Assembly: GCA_035649495.1 (NCBI GenBank)
Contig: DASRJL010000110.1
Coordinates: 37,219-101,218 of the forward strand
From: Burkholderiales bacterium
GTDB taxonomy: Bacteria; Pseudomonadota; Gammaproteobacteria; Burkholderiales; SG8-41
DNA: 64,000 nucleotides
Direction: 5' to 3'
Positions 40,238-49,189 of this stretch are shown one piece after another (the first letter of the stretch is position 1; each line of letters begins with the position of its first letter). Below the pieces are notes generated by a model. That model was not told the origin of the DNA. It was given only the letters and a program-made list of their open reading frames with translations, and searched no databases. The translations under genes and the position numbers were made by a program.

Positions 40238-41209
40238 CTACACAGAGCCGCGACTGGTCAGGTTCGCTAGAAGCTTCGCTAGGGAGCGACGTTCCAGCGC
40301 TGCATCGACAAGATGACTGCGTGATTTCACAGCAGCTTCGAGCGCGGTCCGCCATCGGGCGTCTCCGCTTGTGCGTAGGAGCAGGCCGGACAGCGCTACG
40401 TCGTTGCCGACTGGAAACAACGCCGGATAGCGTTTGCCGAGTAGCCCGGTATTGCCACCGATAGCAGACGCGATGACGGGTACGCCGATGGCGATGGCTT
40501 CGGAGACCACGTGAGCGCCGCCCTCCATGCGGCTCGATATCACCATGGCGTGGCTGCGCGCCAGCCAGCGCATGGCGCCGGCGTGATCGAGCTCGCCTAG
40601 CCAGCGATAACGCGGTTCTGAGCGCATCAGCGCGCGTGCCTCGCGCGCGAAGTCGGTCGACATCGCCTTACCCAGGTGCACAACGCGTATGGCCTTGTCG
40701 GCAGGCAGGCGGCGGAGCGCGAGCGCCGCCCGAAATGGATCCTTTTCTTCACGCAAATGGCCGATGACGGTAATCAGACAATAGCTGCGCGGTAGCGCCT
40801 GCCGCTGTACTGCGCGCACCGACTGATGGATCACGAAAGTCTTCCTGCGCAGGGCCGCACCGATTTCGGACAGACCTTCACGCTGCAGAACGACCATCCG
40901 ATCGGCAAGGCGCAGCGATTCACGTGCATCGTCGTCGCTGTGTATATCGCGATAAAGGTCCGTGCCAGTCAGCACCAGCACTAACGGTCGGTCCGGATAT
41001 GCGGCCTTCCAGGCCTTGATTGAAGCGTGACTGCGGCGGGCATGCAGGGCGACGAGGGCCCCGCAATCCTGCCCTGCCCACGTTTGTGTGATGTCTATCC
41101 TGTGGCCGAGGGCGCGCATATGCGCCGCCCAGCGCTCGGCTGTGTTGCGATTGCCATGGCGGGAGCCGGGCCGGGCCGGTGTTACGATGACGATACGCAA
41201 TGCTGACAA
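40238..41209 (-). CDS. GT-B glycosyltransferase (GT1/GT4-like), possibly TIGR04348/SenB (selenosugar synthase) family
   Basis: C-terminal GT1 motif (SSRMEGGAHVVSEAIA.GVPVIAS). The N-terminus RIVIVTPARPGSRHGNRNTAERWA is reminiscent of the TIGR04348 family, but this is unverified. TTG start at 41209 or 41200. Confidence 0.7.
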   Translation of the reverse strand: MSALRIVIVTPARPGSRHGNRNTAERWAAHMRALGHRIDITQTWAGQDCGALVALHARRSHASIKAWKAAYPDRPLVLVLTGTDLYRDIHSDDDARESLRLADRMVVLQREGLSEIGAALRRKTFVIHQSVRAVQRQALPRSYCLITVIGHLREEKDPFRAALALRRLPADKAIRVVHLGKAMSTDFAREARALMRSEPRYRWLGELDHAGAMRWLARSHAMVISSRMEGGAHVVSEAIAIGVPVIASAIGGNTGLLGKRYPALFPVGNDVALSGLLLRTSGDARWRTALEAAVKSRSHLVDAALERRSLAKLLANLTSRGSV

Positions 41210-41234
41210 TCCCGTCGGGAGAAAAAGGGACGGG

Positions 41235-41894
41235 CTAGGCGCGCTCCACAGGAAGGCCGGCTAGCCGCCACTCCGGCATACCCGCTTCAAGCCTGCGTGC
41301 CTTCAGGCCCTTCTTTCGCAGCATAGCCACCGCATCGTAGGACATCAGGCAGTACGGCCCACGACAGTACGCAACAACTTCCCGGCCTTTCGGCAGGTCG
41401 CGCAGGCGCTTTTCCAGCTCGTGGATCGGTATGTTGATCGCGCCCGGCAGATGGCCCGCCGCGTACTCTTCCGGCGGCCGGACGTCGAGGACCGTGACCA
41501 GGCCCTTTCGAGCCCGCTCCAGCAGTTCCTTCGCCGGCACCGGCTCGAGGTCATCCTTTTGCGCCAGGTAAAGCCTGACGATGCGCTCGACCTCCGCCAA
41601 ATACGCCTCGCCTACCTGGCCGAGAGCCGAGAGCAGCCCAACAACCTGGTCCCCCGCGAGACGGTAGAAGACATACAAGCCTTCCTTACGACCGACAATC
41701 AGGCCTGCCTGCCGCAGTTTTTGCAGGTGCTGAGAGGTATTGGCAACCGTCGTTCCGGTCAGGTTTGCCAACTGCTCCACGTTTCGTTCCGCCTGGGCGA
41801 GCAGTTCCAGAAACTCAATCCGGGTCGAGCTGGAGAGCGCCGTTCCGATGCGGGCCAGATTGGTGAATATGTCCCGCTTCGCGTTGGTTGACAT
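41235..41894 (-). CDS. ArsR/SmtB-family transcriptional regulator fused to a rhodanese domain
   Basis: The N-terminal wHTH (RIEFLELLAQAERNVEQLANLTGTTVANTSQHLQKLRQAGLV) is followed by a rhodanese domain (VLDVRPPEEYAAGHLPGAINIP...AYCRGPYC). Confidence 0.85.
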   Translation of the reverse strand: MSTNAKRDIFTNLARIGTALSSSTRIEFLELLAQAERNVEQLANLTGTTVANTSQHLQKLRQAGLIVGRKEGLYVFYRLAGDQVVGLLSALGQVGEAYLAEVERIVRLYLAQKDDLEPVPAKELLERARKGLVTVLDVRPPEEYAAGHLPGAINIPIHELEKRLRDLPKGREVVAYCRGPYCLMSYDAVAMLRKKGLKARRLEAGMPEWRLAGLPVERA

Positions 41895-41917
41895 CCAATG
41901 AACCTCTGTTCTACTAT

Positions 41918-41933
41918 TCAAGTGATTAATTGA
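41918..41933. promoter_or_regulatory. Imperfect palindrome TCAAGTGATTAATTGA in the divergent promoter region (candidate ArsR-type operator)
   Basis: 12 of 16 positions are self-complementary. It lies between the ArsR-rhodanese gene and the divergent desaturase gene. Confidence 0.2.
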
Positions 41934-41985
41934 TTATATGATCGTTTGACTATTGTGTCCATTCTAACCGTGAGCAAAGCCGACC

Positions 41986-42816
41986 ATGGCCGAGTTTGAG
42001 GGGCCGATTCGGCTTGGGGCTTTCCTGGCTGTTTTTGTAGCGGTAGCCCTGTGGGAAGTTCTTGCTCCGTGCCGGAGACAGGAGTTCCGGCGAGCGGCGC
42101 GCTGGCCGCACAACATCGGTCTTCTCCTGGTGAACGTGGTTCTACTGCGGGTGGTAGCGCCGGGTGCAGCGGTTGCTGTGGCCATGACGGCTGAGGCCGG
42201 CGGATGGGGACTGCTGAACGCCCTACCTTTCCCAGCCTGGCTCGCGGTTCCGCTTGCAGTGATGCTGCTCGACCTCGCCATCTACTTCCAGCACGTCATG
42301 TTTCATGCCGTGCCGACGCTTTGGCGGCTGCACCGCGTGCACCATGCCGACCTCGAATTCGATCTCACCACGGGTACCCGCTTTCACCCGTTTGAGATTC
42401 TGATTTCGACCGCAATCAAGTGCGCAGCGGTCGCGGCCATCGGCGCCTCCCCCATCTCAGTCCTGATTTTTGAGGTGCTGCTTAACTCGACCGCGATGTT
42501 CAACCACGCAAACGCTTCCTTGCCGGCGATTATCGATCGATGGGTGCGATGGGTCCTTGTCACCCCCGACATGCATCGTGTTCATCATTCCGTTCGCTAC
42601 GAGGAGTCCTCTAGCAATTTCGGGTTTAACCTGCCGTGGTGGGATCGGCTCTTCGGGACATACCGGCCCCAGCCGAAGCTGGGCCATGCCGCCATGAACA
42701 TCGGCGTCGATGCGTTCCGCTTCCCGGAGGATTCGCGTCTCGACCGACTCCTCGTGCAACCCTTTCGCGATACGCCAGGCCAGTACCCCATCAACCGGCG
42801 AGAGGCCGCGGGGTGA
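41986..42816 (+). CDS. Fatty acid hydroxylase / sterol desaturase superfamily membrane protein
   Basis: Histidine boxes HVMFH, HRVHH and HRVHHS, with several TM helices. Confidence 0.8.
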   Translation: MAEFEGPIRLGAFLAVFVAVALWEVLAPCRRQEFRRAARWPHNIGLLLVNVVLLRVVAPGAAVAVAMTAEAGGWGLLNALPFPAWLAVPLAVMLLDLAIYFQHVMFHAVPTLWRLHRVHHADLEFDLTTGTRFHPFEILISTAIKCAAVAAIGASPISVLIFEVLLNSTAMFNHANASLPAIIDRWVRWVLVTPDMHRVHHSVRYEESSSNFGFNLPWWDRLFGTYRPQPKLGHAAMNIGVDAFRFPEDSRLDRLLVQPFRDTPGQYPINRREAAG

Positions 42817-43120
42817 GCGTCTGCCCGGCAGTGCTTCGGCCGCGGTTATCGATGTGCGGGGGCCGGATGAATTTAACGGGCCTTTGGGACATATACCCGA
42901 TGCCCTTAACGTGCCGCTGGGCGAGCTTGAGGCCCGGCTAGCAGCCCTCACTTCTGACAAACGACAGATGGTTGTAGTCTGCAAAACGGACAAACGATCT
43001 GTAAAGGCTGCAGAGAGTCTTCGAGCCCATGGAATTAAGCATGTGATGGTATTGCGCGGCGGCATGGAGGAATGGAGCTGTCAGGCCGCGCCATCGCAGG
43101 CAATCATTACGCCGATCTAG
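42710..43120 (+). CDS. Single-domain rhodanese (sulfurtransferase), start uncertain
   Basis: Contains VIDVRGPDEF..GHIPDALNVP and the active-site loop CKTDKRS (C-X4-R-S). The only canonical start (42710) overlaps the desaturase gene by 107 nt. Confidence 0.55.
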   Translation: MRSASRRIRVSTDSSCNPFAIRQASTPSTGERPRGERLPGSASAAVIDVRGPDEFNGPLGHIPDALNVPLGELEARLAALTSDKRQMVVVCKTDKRSVKAAESLRAHGIKHVMVLRGGMEEWSCQAAPSQAIITPI

Positions 43121-43185
43121 CGCTCGCTTACCTTTCAGGCAGCCAGCGCGCCGCATGTGGAACACCCTAACCGGGAGACCAATCC

Positions 43186-43485
43186 ATGCATCCGACGCAC
43201 CCACCGTCGCAGGTTCCTCCCGCGCCTGCGAACAAGTCCATGACTTACCTGCTGGGTGGTCTATCCATTTTCACAATGGTCATGACGATCCCACAAGTCC
43301 TGACGGTTTGGATCGGTCATCAAACGGCAGGAGTTTCGCTTATCTCCTGGAGTGCATACTTGATTTCCGCCCTGGTATGGTTCTGGTACGGAATACAAAA
43401 ACGAGATCGAAATATCTACTTGCCGTGCATAGGCTGGATCGTACTTGATGCGGCAGTGGTGTCCGGTGTACTCATTCTAGGATGA
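43186..43485 (+). CDS. SemiSWEET / PQ-loop family small transporter (3 TM)
   Basis: Three helices with the PQ motif (TIPQVLTVW) and W..YG, like bacterial SemiSWEETs. An alternative start at 43240 (MTYLLGG) gives 81 aa. Confidence 0.6.
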   Translation: MHPTHPPSQVPPAPANKSMTYLLGGLSIFTMVMTIPQVLTVWIGHQTAGVSLISWSAYLISALVWFWYGIQKRDRNIYLPCIGWIVLDAAVVSGVLILG

Positions 43486-43539
43486 TTCTTTCTAGCGCAC
43501 GCATGATTCCGGGTTTTAATTCGCTTTGGGGCTAATCAC

Positions 43540-44682
43540 GTGCGACGCGGGTCCACGTTTCAACGCCGCGGAATTGTCGAAGGATTCTTCGGACCTCCCT
43601 GGAGCATGCCGCACCGCAAGGCTCTTTTCCGGTTCGGCGCAAAGAGGGGGATGAACACCTATCTCTACGCCCCCAAGGACGACCCTTATCACCGCGCGCG
43701 CTGGAGGGATCCCTATCCGAAGGGCGAATGGAAAGTGCTGCAGGATCTCATCAAGGCCGCGCAAGAGCAGCATATCGATTTCGTTTACGCCTTCCACCCA
43801 GGAAAGGGGCTGCGGTTCTCCGCTCTAGAGCCCGCGCAGCTTTTGCTCGAGAAGGCCGCGCGCTTCTACGATGCGGGCGTGCGAATCTTCGCGGTTCTGT
43901 TCGATGACATCCCCTCGCGCCTGAGTCACGCGGCGGACCGAAAACACTTTGGTGGTAGCCTGGCCAGGGCCGAAGGACTGTGGCTGGAGAAGATCCTCGA
44001 ACGGCAGCCGGCGTCCTGGACGGAAGTGGAATGGTGGATCTGTCCCTCCCGCTACACGGAACACCCCCGGCTCGAGCGCATGTTCGGCGTCTTCGAGCCG
44101 CGCTTCTGGCAGACGCTCGCCAGACACCTGCCCGCCCCTGTCGCCTGTCTCTGGACCGGGCCTGCCATTGTGCCCCGGACGGTCTCCCTGGCCCATGCGC
44201 GCAAGGTGGCACGTCAGCTCAAGCACCCCCTGATTCTCTGGGACAACTACCCCGTCAACGATTTGTCGATGAGCGATGAGATGCATCTCGCTCCCCTTGC
44301 CGGCCGCGACTCGCGCCTGCCGGCGGCGGTTTACGGCTATCTGAACAATCCCCTGTTGCAGGAGAGTTTGAGCCTGGTTCCGCTCGCCACCTGCTTCGAC
44401 TACGCCGCGAACCCTGCGGCATACGATCCCGAGAGGAGCTGGAGGGAAGTCGTGCGGGAGCTTTTCGGCGCGAGCGCTATTCCTCACTGGCGCGCTATTC
44501 TGGATTTCTGCGAGAGGATGAATCGCTCAAAGGGCGGGAAACGATCCACCGCACTCGCGCCCGGCAGGCTACGCGCACTTCGAGAAGCGGACCGTTACCT
44601 CTTGAGAAATCAAGGACGCCGTTGGTTTGAAGAGTTTCGTCCGTGGCTCGCGCGACTCGAAGCCGAACTGGCGCGGCGGTAA
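43540..44682 (+). CDS. GH84-family beta-N-acetylglucosaminidase (O-GlcNAcase-like)
   Basis: Contains RGIVEGFFGPPWS, MNTYLYAPKDDPYHR.RWRDPYP and FAVLFDDI (the catalytic DD pair). There is no signal peptide. Confidence 0.8.
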   Translation: MRRGSTFQRRGIVEGFFGPPWSMPHRKALFRFGAKRGMNTYLYAPKDDPYHRARWRDPYPKGEWKVLQDLIKAAQEQHIDFVYAFHPGKGLRFSALEPAQLLLEKAARFYDAGVRIFAVLFDDIPSRLSHAADRKHFGGSLARAEGLWLEKILERQPASWTEVEWWICPSRYTEHPRLERMFGVFEPRFWQTLARHLPAPVACLWTGPAIVPRTVSLAHARKVARQLKHPLILWDNYPVNDLSMSDEMHLAPLAGRDSRLPAAVYGYLNNPLLQESLSLVPLATCFDYAANPAAYDPERSWREVVRELFGASAIPHWRAILDFCERMNRSKGGKRSTALAPGRLRALREADRYLLRNQGRRWFEEFRPWLARLEAELARR

Positions 44683-44828
44683 AGGGACCTGACGGCGGCT
44701 ATCTGGAAATCTAAGGCTCGGCCGTATCGGGCGGCAGCCGGCTCAAAAGCGGACACTAAACTTTCATCGGTCAGCCCGTGACACGGGCCCTCAGCTCGGC
44801 AGCGCATACCTCAACCGGCGCGGCCTCC

Positions 44829-45869
44829 TCAAGCTCTAGTCCCGATCGCCCCGATCGCGGAGAAGAGATTCTCGACCGTCTGCCGGGGAATGCCCTTCGT
44901 GATGAACACGAGGCGCGTTCCGTGGTCCGCGCCGGGCCATGCCGCAAGCTCGATGGGAGGATGGAAGAGATGCTGCACCCCCTGCACCACCATCGGGCCG
45001 CTCTTGCCTTCGACGTTGACGAGGCCCTTCACCCGCAGGAGGTCCGGACCGCGGAGCGCCGTCAGGACCTCTATCGTCTGCGTGAACGCCTGCCACGCGA
45101 GCGGCTTGTCGAAGCGAAGCGTGAAAGTCTTGATTGCCTCGTCGTGGTGGTGATGGTGGCCGTGCTCGTCGCCGGCATGGTCCTCTTTCTCCCCGTCGCC
45201 CAGCCAGCGCTCGACCTCTTCCAGGCGTGACTTCGTATTCGTCAGGCCCACGTCAACCAGGAACGCCGGATCCACTTCCCCGTTCAAGGCCCGGGTGAAC
45301 AGCGCGCGCGGGTTGATCTCGCGCAGGCGGCGTTCCAGAGCCTCTACCTGCCCGGCCGGGGCGAGGTCCGTCTTGGTCACCACGATGCGGTCCGCCAGCG
45401 CGACCTGTTTCACCGGCTCGGAAAACGAATCGAGCTGCCCCGGAGAATTGAACGCATCGACCAGCGTGACCACGCAGTCGAGCCGGAACTGGTCGAGCAG
45501 CAGCGAATCGGTCATCAAGGTCTGCATGACCGGCGCCGGGTCGGCGATGCCGGTGGTCTCCACGATGACGCGCTCGAAGTCGATGATCTCGCCGTTGCGG
45601 CGCTTGATGAACAGCTCCCGCAGCGTTTCCTGGAGATCGGTGCGCAGCGTGCAGCACAGGCAGCCGCTGTTCAGCAGCATCATCTGCTCGGACGAGGTTT
45701 CGACGAGGTCGTTGTCGACGCCGATCTCGCCCAGCTCGTTGACGATCACCGCCACGCGGTTCATCTCCGGGCGCTTCACGAGCCGGTTGATGAGCGTCGT
45801 CTTGCCGCTGCCCAGAAAGCCGGTAATCACGGATACCGGAAGCCGTCCCGCCAGTGCGTCCTGCGCCAT
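44829..45869 (-). CDS. CobW/G3E-family metallochaperone GTPase (ZigA/YeiR-like) with His-rich stretch
   Basis: Contains GFLGSGKTTL, the CxCC motif (GCLCCT), the His-rich stretch EHGHHHHHDE and a CobW C-terminal domain. Start at MAQDALAG. Confidence 0.9.
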   Translation of the reverse strand: MAQDALAGRLPVSVITGFLGSGKTTLINRLVKRPEMNRVAVIVNELGEIGVDNDLVETSSEQMMLLNSGCLCCTLRTDLQETLRELFIKRRNGEIIDFERVIVETTGIADPAPVMQTLMTDSLLLDQFRLDCVVTLVDAFNSPGQLDSFSEPVKQVALADRIVVTKTDLAPAGQVEALERRLREINPRALFTRALNGEVDPAFLVDVGLTNTKSRLEEVERWLGDGEKEDHAGDEHGHHHHHDEAIKTFTLRFDKPLAWQAFTQTIEVLTALRGPDLLRVKGLVNVEGKSGPMVVQGVQHLFHPPIELAAWPGADHGTRLVFITKGIPRQTVENLFSAIGAIGTRA

Positions 45870-45941
45870 CAGCGTTCCCGCTGTTTTCCAATGGGGCCTG
45901 CAGTATACTCCAGTGCAATTTCCTGGGAGAACCCTCCGGGC

Positions 45942-46622
45942 ATGAAGGTTCTCGTCGTAGACGATCACGCACTGATCCGCGAGGCGTTGCGCGGCGTCCT
46001 GAAGGAGCTGAAGGACGACGCGACCATCGTCGAGGCGTCCAGCGGGCGCGAGGCCTTGAGTCTCCTCGGCGACCATCCCGACTTCAGCCTCATCCTCCTC
46101 GACCTGAATCTGCCCGACCGGAACGGCTTTGCCGTTCTCGCCGAGCTGCGCGAGCGCTATCCCGCGGTCGCGACCGTGGTGCTCTCGGCTTTCAGCGACC
46201 GCGAAAACATCGCGCGGGCCCTCGACCTGGGAGCGCTCGGTTTCATCCCGAAGTCCGGCTCGCGGTCAGTGATGCTGGGCGCCCTGCGGCTGGTTCTTTC
46301 CGGCGGCATCTACATACCTCCCGACATCCTCGCGCAGCGGGAAACCTCGCCCGCGGAGCCGAAGGCCGGCCGGCCCGCCCGGGACGGACGGCCTCTTTCG
46401 CCGCGCGATGCGGGCCTGACCGAGCGCCAGGTGGAGGTCCTCGCCCTCATGATGCAAGGCAAGAGCAACAAGGCGATCTGCCGGATTCTCGATCTCGCCG
46501 AGCCGACGGTTAAAAATCACGTCACGGCGATATTGAAATCCCTGAAAGTGACCAACCGGACCGAGGCCGTCATTGCAGTAGGTGACTTGGGCTGGGATCT
46601 GCGGTCGACGGCAGGTCGCTAG
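45942..46622 (+). CDS. NarL/LuxR-family response regulator
   Basis: REC domain (VLVVDDH, LDLNLPD, receiver K) plus a LuxR HTH (LTERQ.EVL.L...G.SNK.I...L.....TVK.H). Confidence 0.9.
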   Translation: MKVLVVDDHALIREALRGVLKELKDDATIVEASSGREALSLLGDHPDFSLILLDLNLPDRNGFAVLAELRERYPAVATVVLSAFSDRENIARALDLGALGFIPKSGSRSVMLGALRLVLSGGIYIPPDILAQRETSPAEPKAGRPARDGRPLSPRDAGLTERQVEVLALMMQGKSNKAICRILDLAEPTVKNHVTAILKSLKVTNRTEAVIAVGDLGWDLRSTAGR

Positions 46623-48588
46623 GAAGACCCTCGGCCGCGCCCGCTCGCGACGCCCCGTCGGCGACCCGGCTCACTCTCAGGAGCTGGTTTACCATCGCGC
46701 GCAGCGCCATCGGTGCGACCGGCTTGTGCAGCAGGTGCAAGCCCCGGGCGCGCGCTTCGAGCAGGCGCTCGGGCGCAATGTCGCCCGAGATGAGAAACGC
46801 GGGAATGGGCGCCCGAAACGCCCTCCGCAACCGCTCCACCGCCCCGATGCCGGTGTTCCCGTCGGCCAACCGATAGTCGGAAATGATCAGGTCGGGACGG
46901 CGGTCGTCGCCGTCGAGACTGGCGAGCGCGGCGCGGTCCGATTCGGCGGTGACGACGAAGCATCCCCAGCTTCGCAGGACGCCGCGCATGCCGTCGAGAA
47001 CCAGCGCATCGTCGTCGATCACCACGATCAATCTGCCGGCCGCGGGATCGGCCATGGCGTGGGCCGCTGCGGAAGGCTCCACCGGCCTGCGCCGCGGTGA
47101 AACGAGCGGCAGCGAGACCGCGAAACACGAACCCCTGCCGGGTAACGATACGAGCTCGACCGGATGATTGAGCAGGCGGCACAGGCGATCGACGATGGCG
47201 AGCCCCAGCCCGAGCCCTCCACGGTGCCCCCGATCGGGCGAAGCAAGCTGATAGAACTCCCCGAAGATCTTTTGCGTCTGGTCCGCGGGAATGCCCGCGC
47301 CGCTGTCGCGCACTTCGATCCGGATCCGGCCCCCGCGATGGCGGGCGCCCACGAGGACCCCGCCGCGATCCGTATAGCGCACCGCGTTGGAAACGAGGTT
47401 CAGCAATATCCGTTCCAGCAGGATCGGGTCGCTGCGAACCCACGCGTCACTCGGCACGACGCGCAGCCGCAGACCCTTTTCCCGCGCGGCCGGCGCGAAC
47501 GTCCTCTCGATGCGCTGCAGGATCTGGTCGAGAGCAAGGTCGGTCGGTTCCGGAGCGAGCGCTCCCGCATCGAGCCGGGAGATGTCGAGCAGCGCGTTGA
47601 ACAGATCGTTCATAGCCGTTACCGCGGCGTCGATCTGCGCCGTAACCCGCCCGCGCTCGGCCTCGTCGGTTTCGGTGCGCAACTGGGATACGAACAGGTT
47701 CAAGGCGTGGAGCGGCTGTCGCAGGTCGTGACTGGCCGCCGCAAGAAAGCGCGATTTCGCCAGATTGGCGGCCTCGAGCTGCTGGTAGAGCCGGCCGAGC
47801 TCGTCGTTCATCCGGTTCAGGTTCGTCGCGAGATTTCCGAGCTCGTCCCGGTTCGGGACTTCGAGCCGCCGCGAGAAATCCCCCGAAGCAATCTCGTCGA
47901 ACCTCGTCTCCATGTCCTTCACCGGCTTGATCACCGACCAGGAGATCGCGTATCCGAGCACGAGCGCCAGCGCGATGCTTCCCACGCCGAATCCGAGGAT
48001 CATGAGCTGCGACATCAGGTGCGCCGCCTGGCTCGCCTCGATGCTCGCGACCATGTCGGCCTCCGCGCGGTTCACGAGCTGGTTGGTGAGGCGCTCCATG
48101 CGGTCGGCGAGCGGGCTCGCCTGCGCGACCTGCAACGCCCTGCCCTCGAGCACCTTGCCCTGCCGGATCAGCTCGACCACCCTGGCGACGACCTGGATGA
48201 ATTCGTCGTACTCCTTGCGCAGCTCGGCGAGCAGCCCCACCTCGTCCTTCGCCACGAACTGCAGGCGGTCGAAGTCGTAGCCGAACTGGTTCAGCTGGCG
48301 CAGCGTAGCCTCCAGCGTGCCCTCCTCGGGGACCAGCAGCGCGGCGGTGACGCTGTAGAGCTGCGCCGTCGTGTCGTGCTGGAGCTGGCGGTAGGCGGCG
48401 ATCTTCCGCTGCAAGGACACCACTTCCTCCGCGTGGCGCTGCACGCCGGCCAGCACCTCGAGCCCGACCGCGCCCACCGTGATCAGCAAGACGACGATGG
48501 ACAGAAAGGCCGCGAGCAGCTTGGTGCGTATCGTCACGGGCGCCCGCGCTACGAGCGCGGGGAGCCACTCCGTCAGCCAGCGCTTCAT
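46570..48588 (-). CDS. Hybrid sensor histidine kinase / response regulator
   Basis: A periplasmic helical sensor lies between two TM helices, followed by HAMP, HisKA (SHDLRQPL), HATPase_c (DSGAGI, GLGLAIV) and a C-terminal REC (VIDDD...SDYRL). The start overlaps the SCO stop (ATGA). Confidence 0.9.
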   Translation of the reverse strand: MKRWLTEWLPALVARAPVTIRTKLLAAFLSIVVLLITVGAVGLEVLAGVQRHAEEVVSLQRKIAAYRQLQHDTTAQLYSVTAALLVPEEGTLEATLRQLNQFGYDFDRLQFVAKDEVGLLAELRKEYDEFIQVVARVVELIRQGKVLEGRALQVAQASPLADRMERLTNQLVNRAEADMVASIEASQAAHLMSQLMILGFGVGSIALALVLGYAISWSVIKPVKDMETRFDEIASGDFSRRLEVPNRDELGNLATNLNRMNDELGRLYQQLEAANLAKSRFLAAASHDLRQPLHALNLFVSQLRTETDEAERGRVTAQIDAAVTAMNDLFNALLDISRLDAGALAPEPTDLALDQILQRIERTFAPAAREKGLRLRVVPSDAWVRSDPILLERILLNLVSNAVRYTDRGGVLVGARHRGGRIRIEVRDSGAGIPADQTQKIFGEFYQLASPDRGHRGGLGLGLAIVDRLCRLLNHPVELVSLPGRGSCFAVSLPLVSPRRRPVEPSAAAHAMADPAAGRLIVVIDDDALVLDGMRGVLRSWGCFVVTAESDRAALASLDGDDRRPDLIISDYRLADGNTGIGAVERLRRAFRAPIPAFLISGDIAPERLLEARARGLHLLHKPVAPMALRAMVNQLLRVSRVADGASRAGAAEGLPSDLPSTADPSPSHLLQ

Positions 48589-49178
48589 CGGGGTTTCGCT
48601 TCCCCGGACAGGTTTTTCAGGTCGCGGAGCATCTCGTCCGGATTGAAACGAGTCCCCATGTATTGCACGCGCAGCGTTCCGCTCCGATCGACGAGGGATG
48701 TGAGAAAAGTGTGGTCCACGTCGCCGCGGGGCGTCTTCTTGTAGTAAACCCCGTAATGCCTGGCCACTTCGCGTATCTCAGCCGGTGTGCCGCTCAGGAA
48801 CGACCAGCCGCGGGGATTTGCCCGGTACGCCTCGGCATAGCGCTTGAGCACTGCCGGCGTATCGCGCTCGGGGTCCACCGTGATCGAGACGAACTGGACG
48901 TCGGGCCCGAACGAGGCGCCGAGTCTGTCCTGCAGGCCGGCCATGGTAGCCGTGAGCAGCGGACAGGTGTCGGCGCAGCTCGCAAAGATGAACGTGATCG
49001 CGAGGACCTTGCCGCGCAAGTCCTTCAGGGCGACGCGCCTGTCGTCCTGACTGGTCAGCGTGAACTCCGGGGCGGGACCGATTTTTGCGAGGCGCTCGTT
49101 CTTGCGGGACTCATGGCATGGAGCGTCGGCAGGCCACGCGAGGGCAACCGCAAAAACGACGGCGATTGCCCGGTCCAT
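48585..49178 (-). CDS. SCO1/SenC-family copper chaperone (thioredoxin fold)
   Basis: Contains the CxxxC motif (CADTCP), FVSITVDPERDTP and DHT. Start at MDRAIAVV. Confidence 0.85.
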   Translation of the reverse strand: MDRAIAVVFAVALAWPADAPCHESRKNERLAKIGPAPEFTLTSQDDRRVALKDLRGKVLAITFIFASCADTCPLLTATMAGLQDRLGASFGPDVQFVSITVDPERDTPAVLKRYAEAYRANPRGWSFLSGTPAEIREVARHYGVYYKKTPRGDVDHTFLTSLVDRSGTLRVQYMGTRFNPDEMLRDLKNLSGEAKPR

Positions 49179-49189
49179 GCGCCGGGTTT

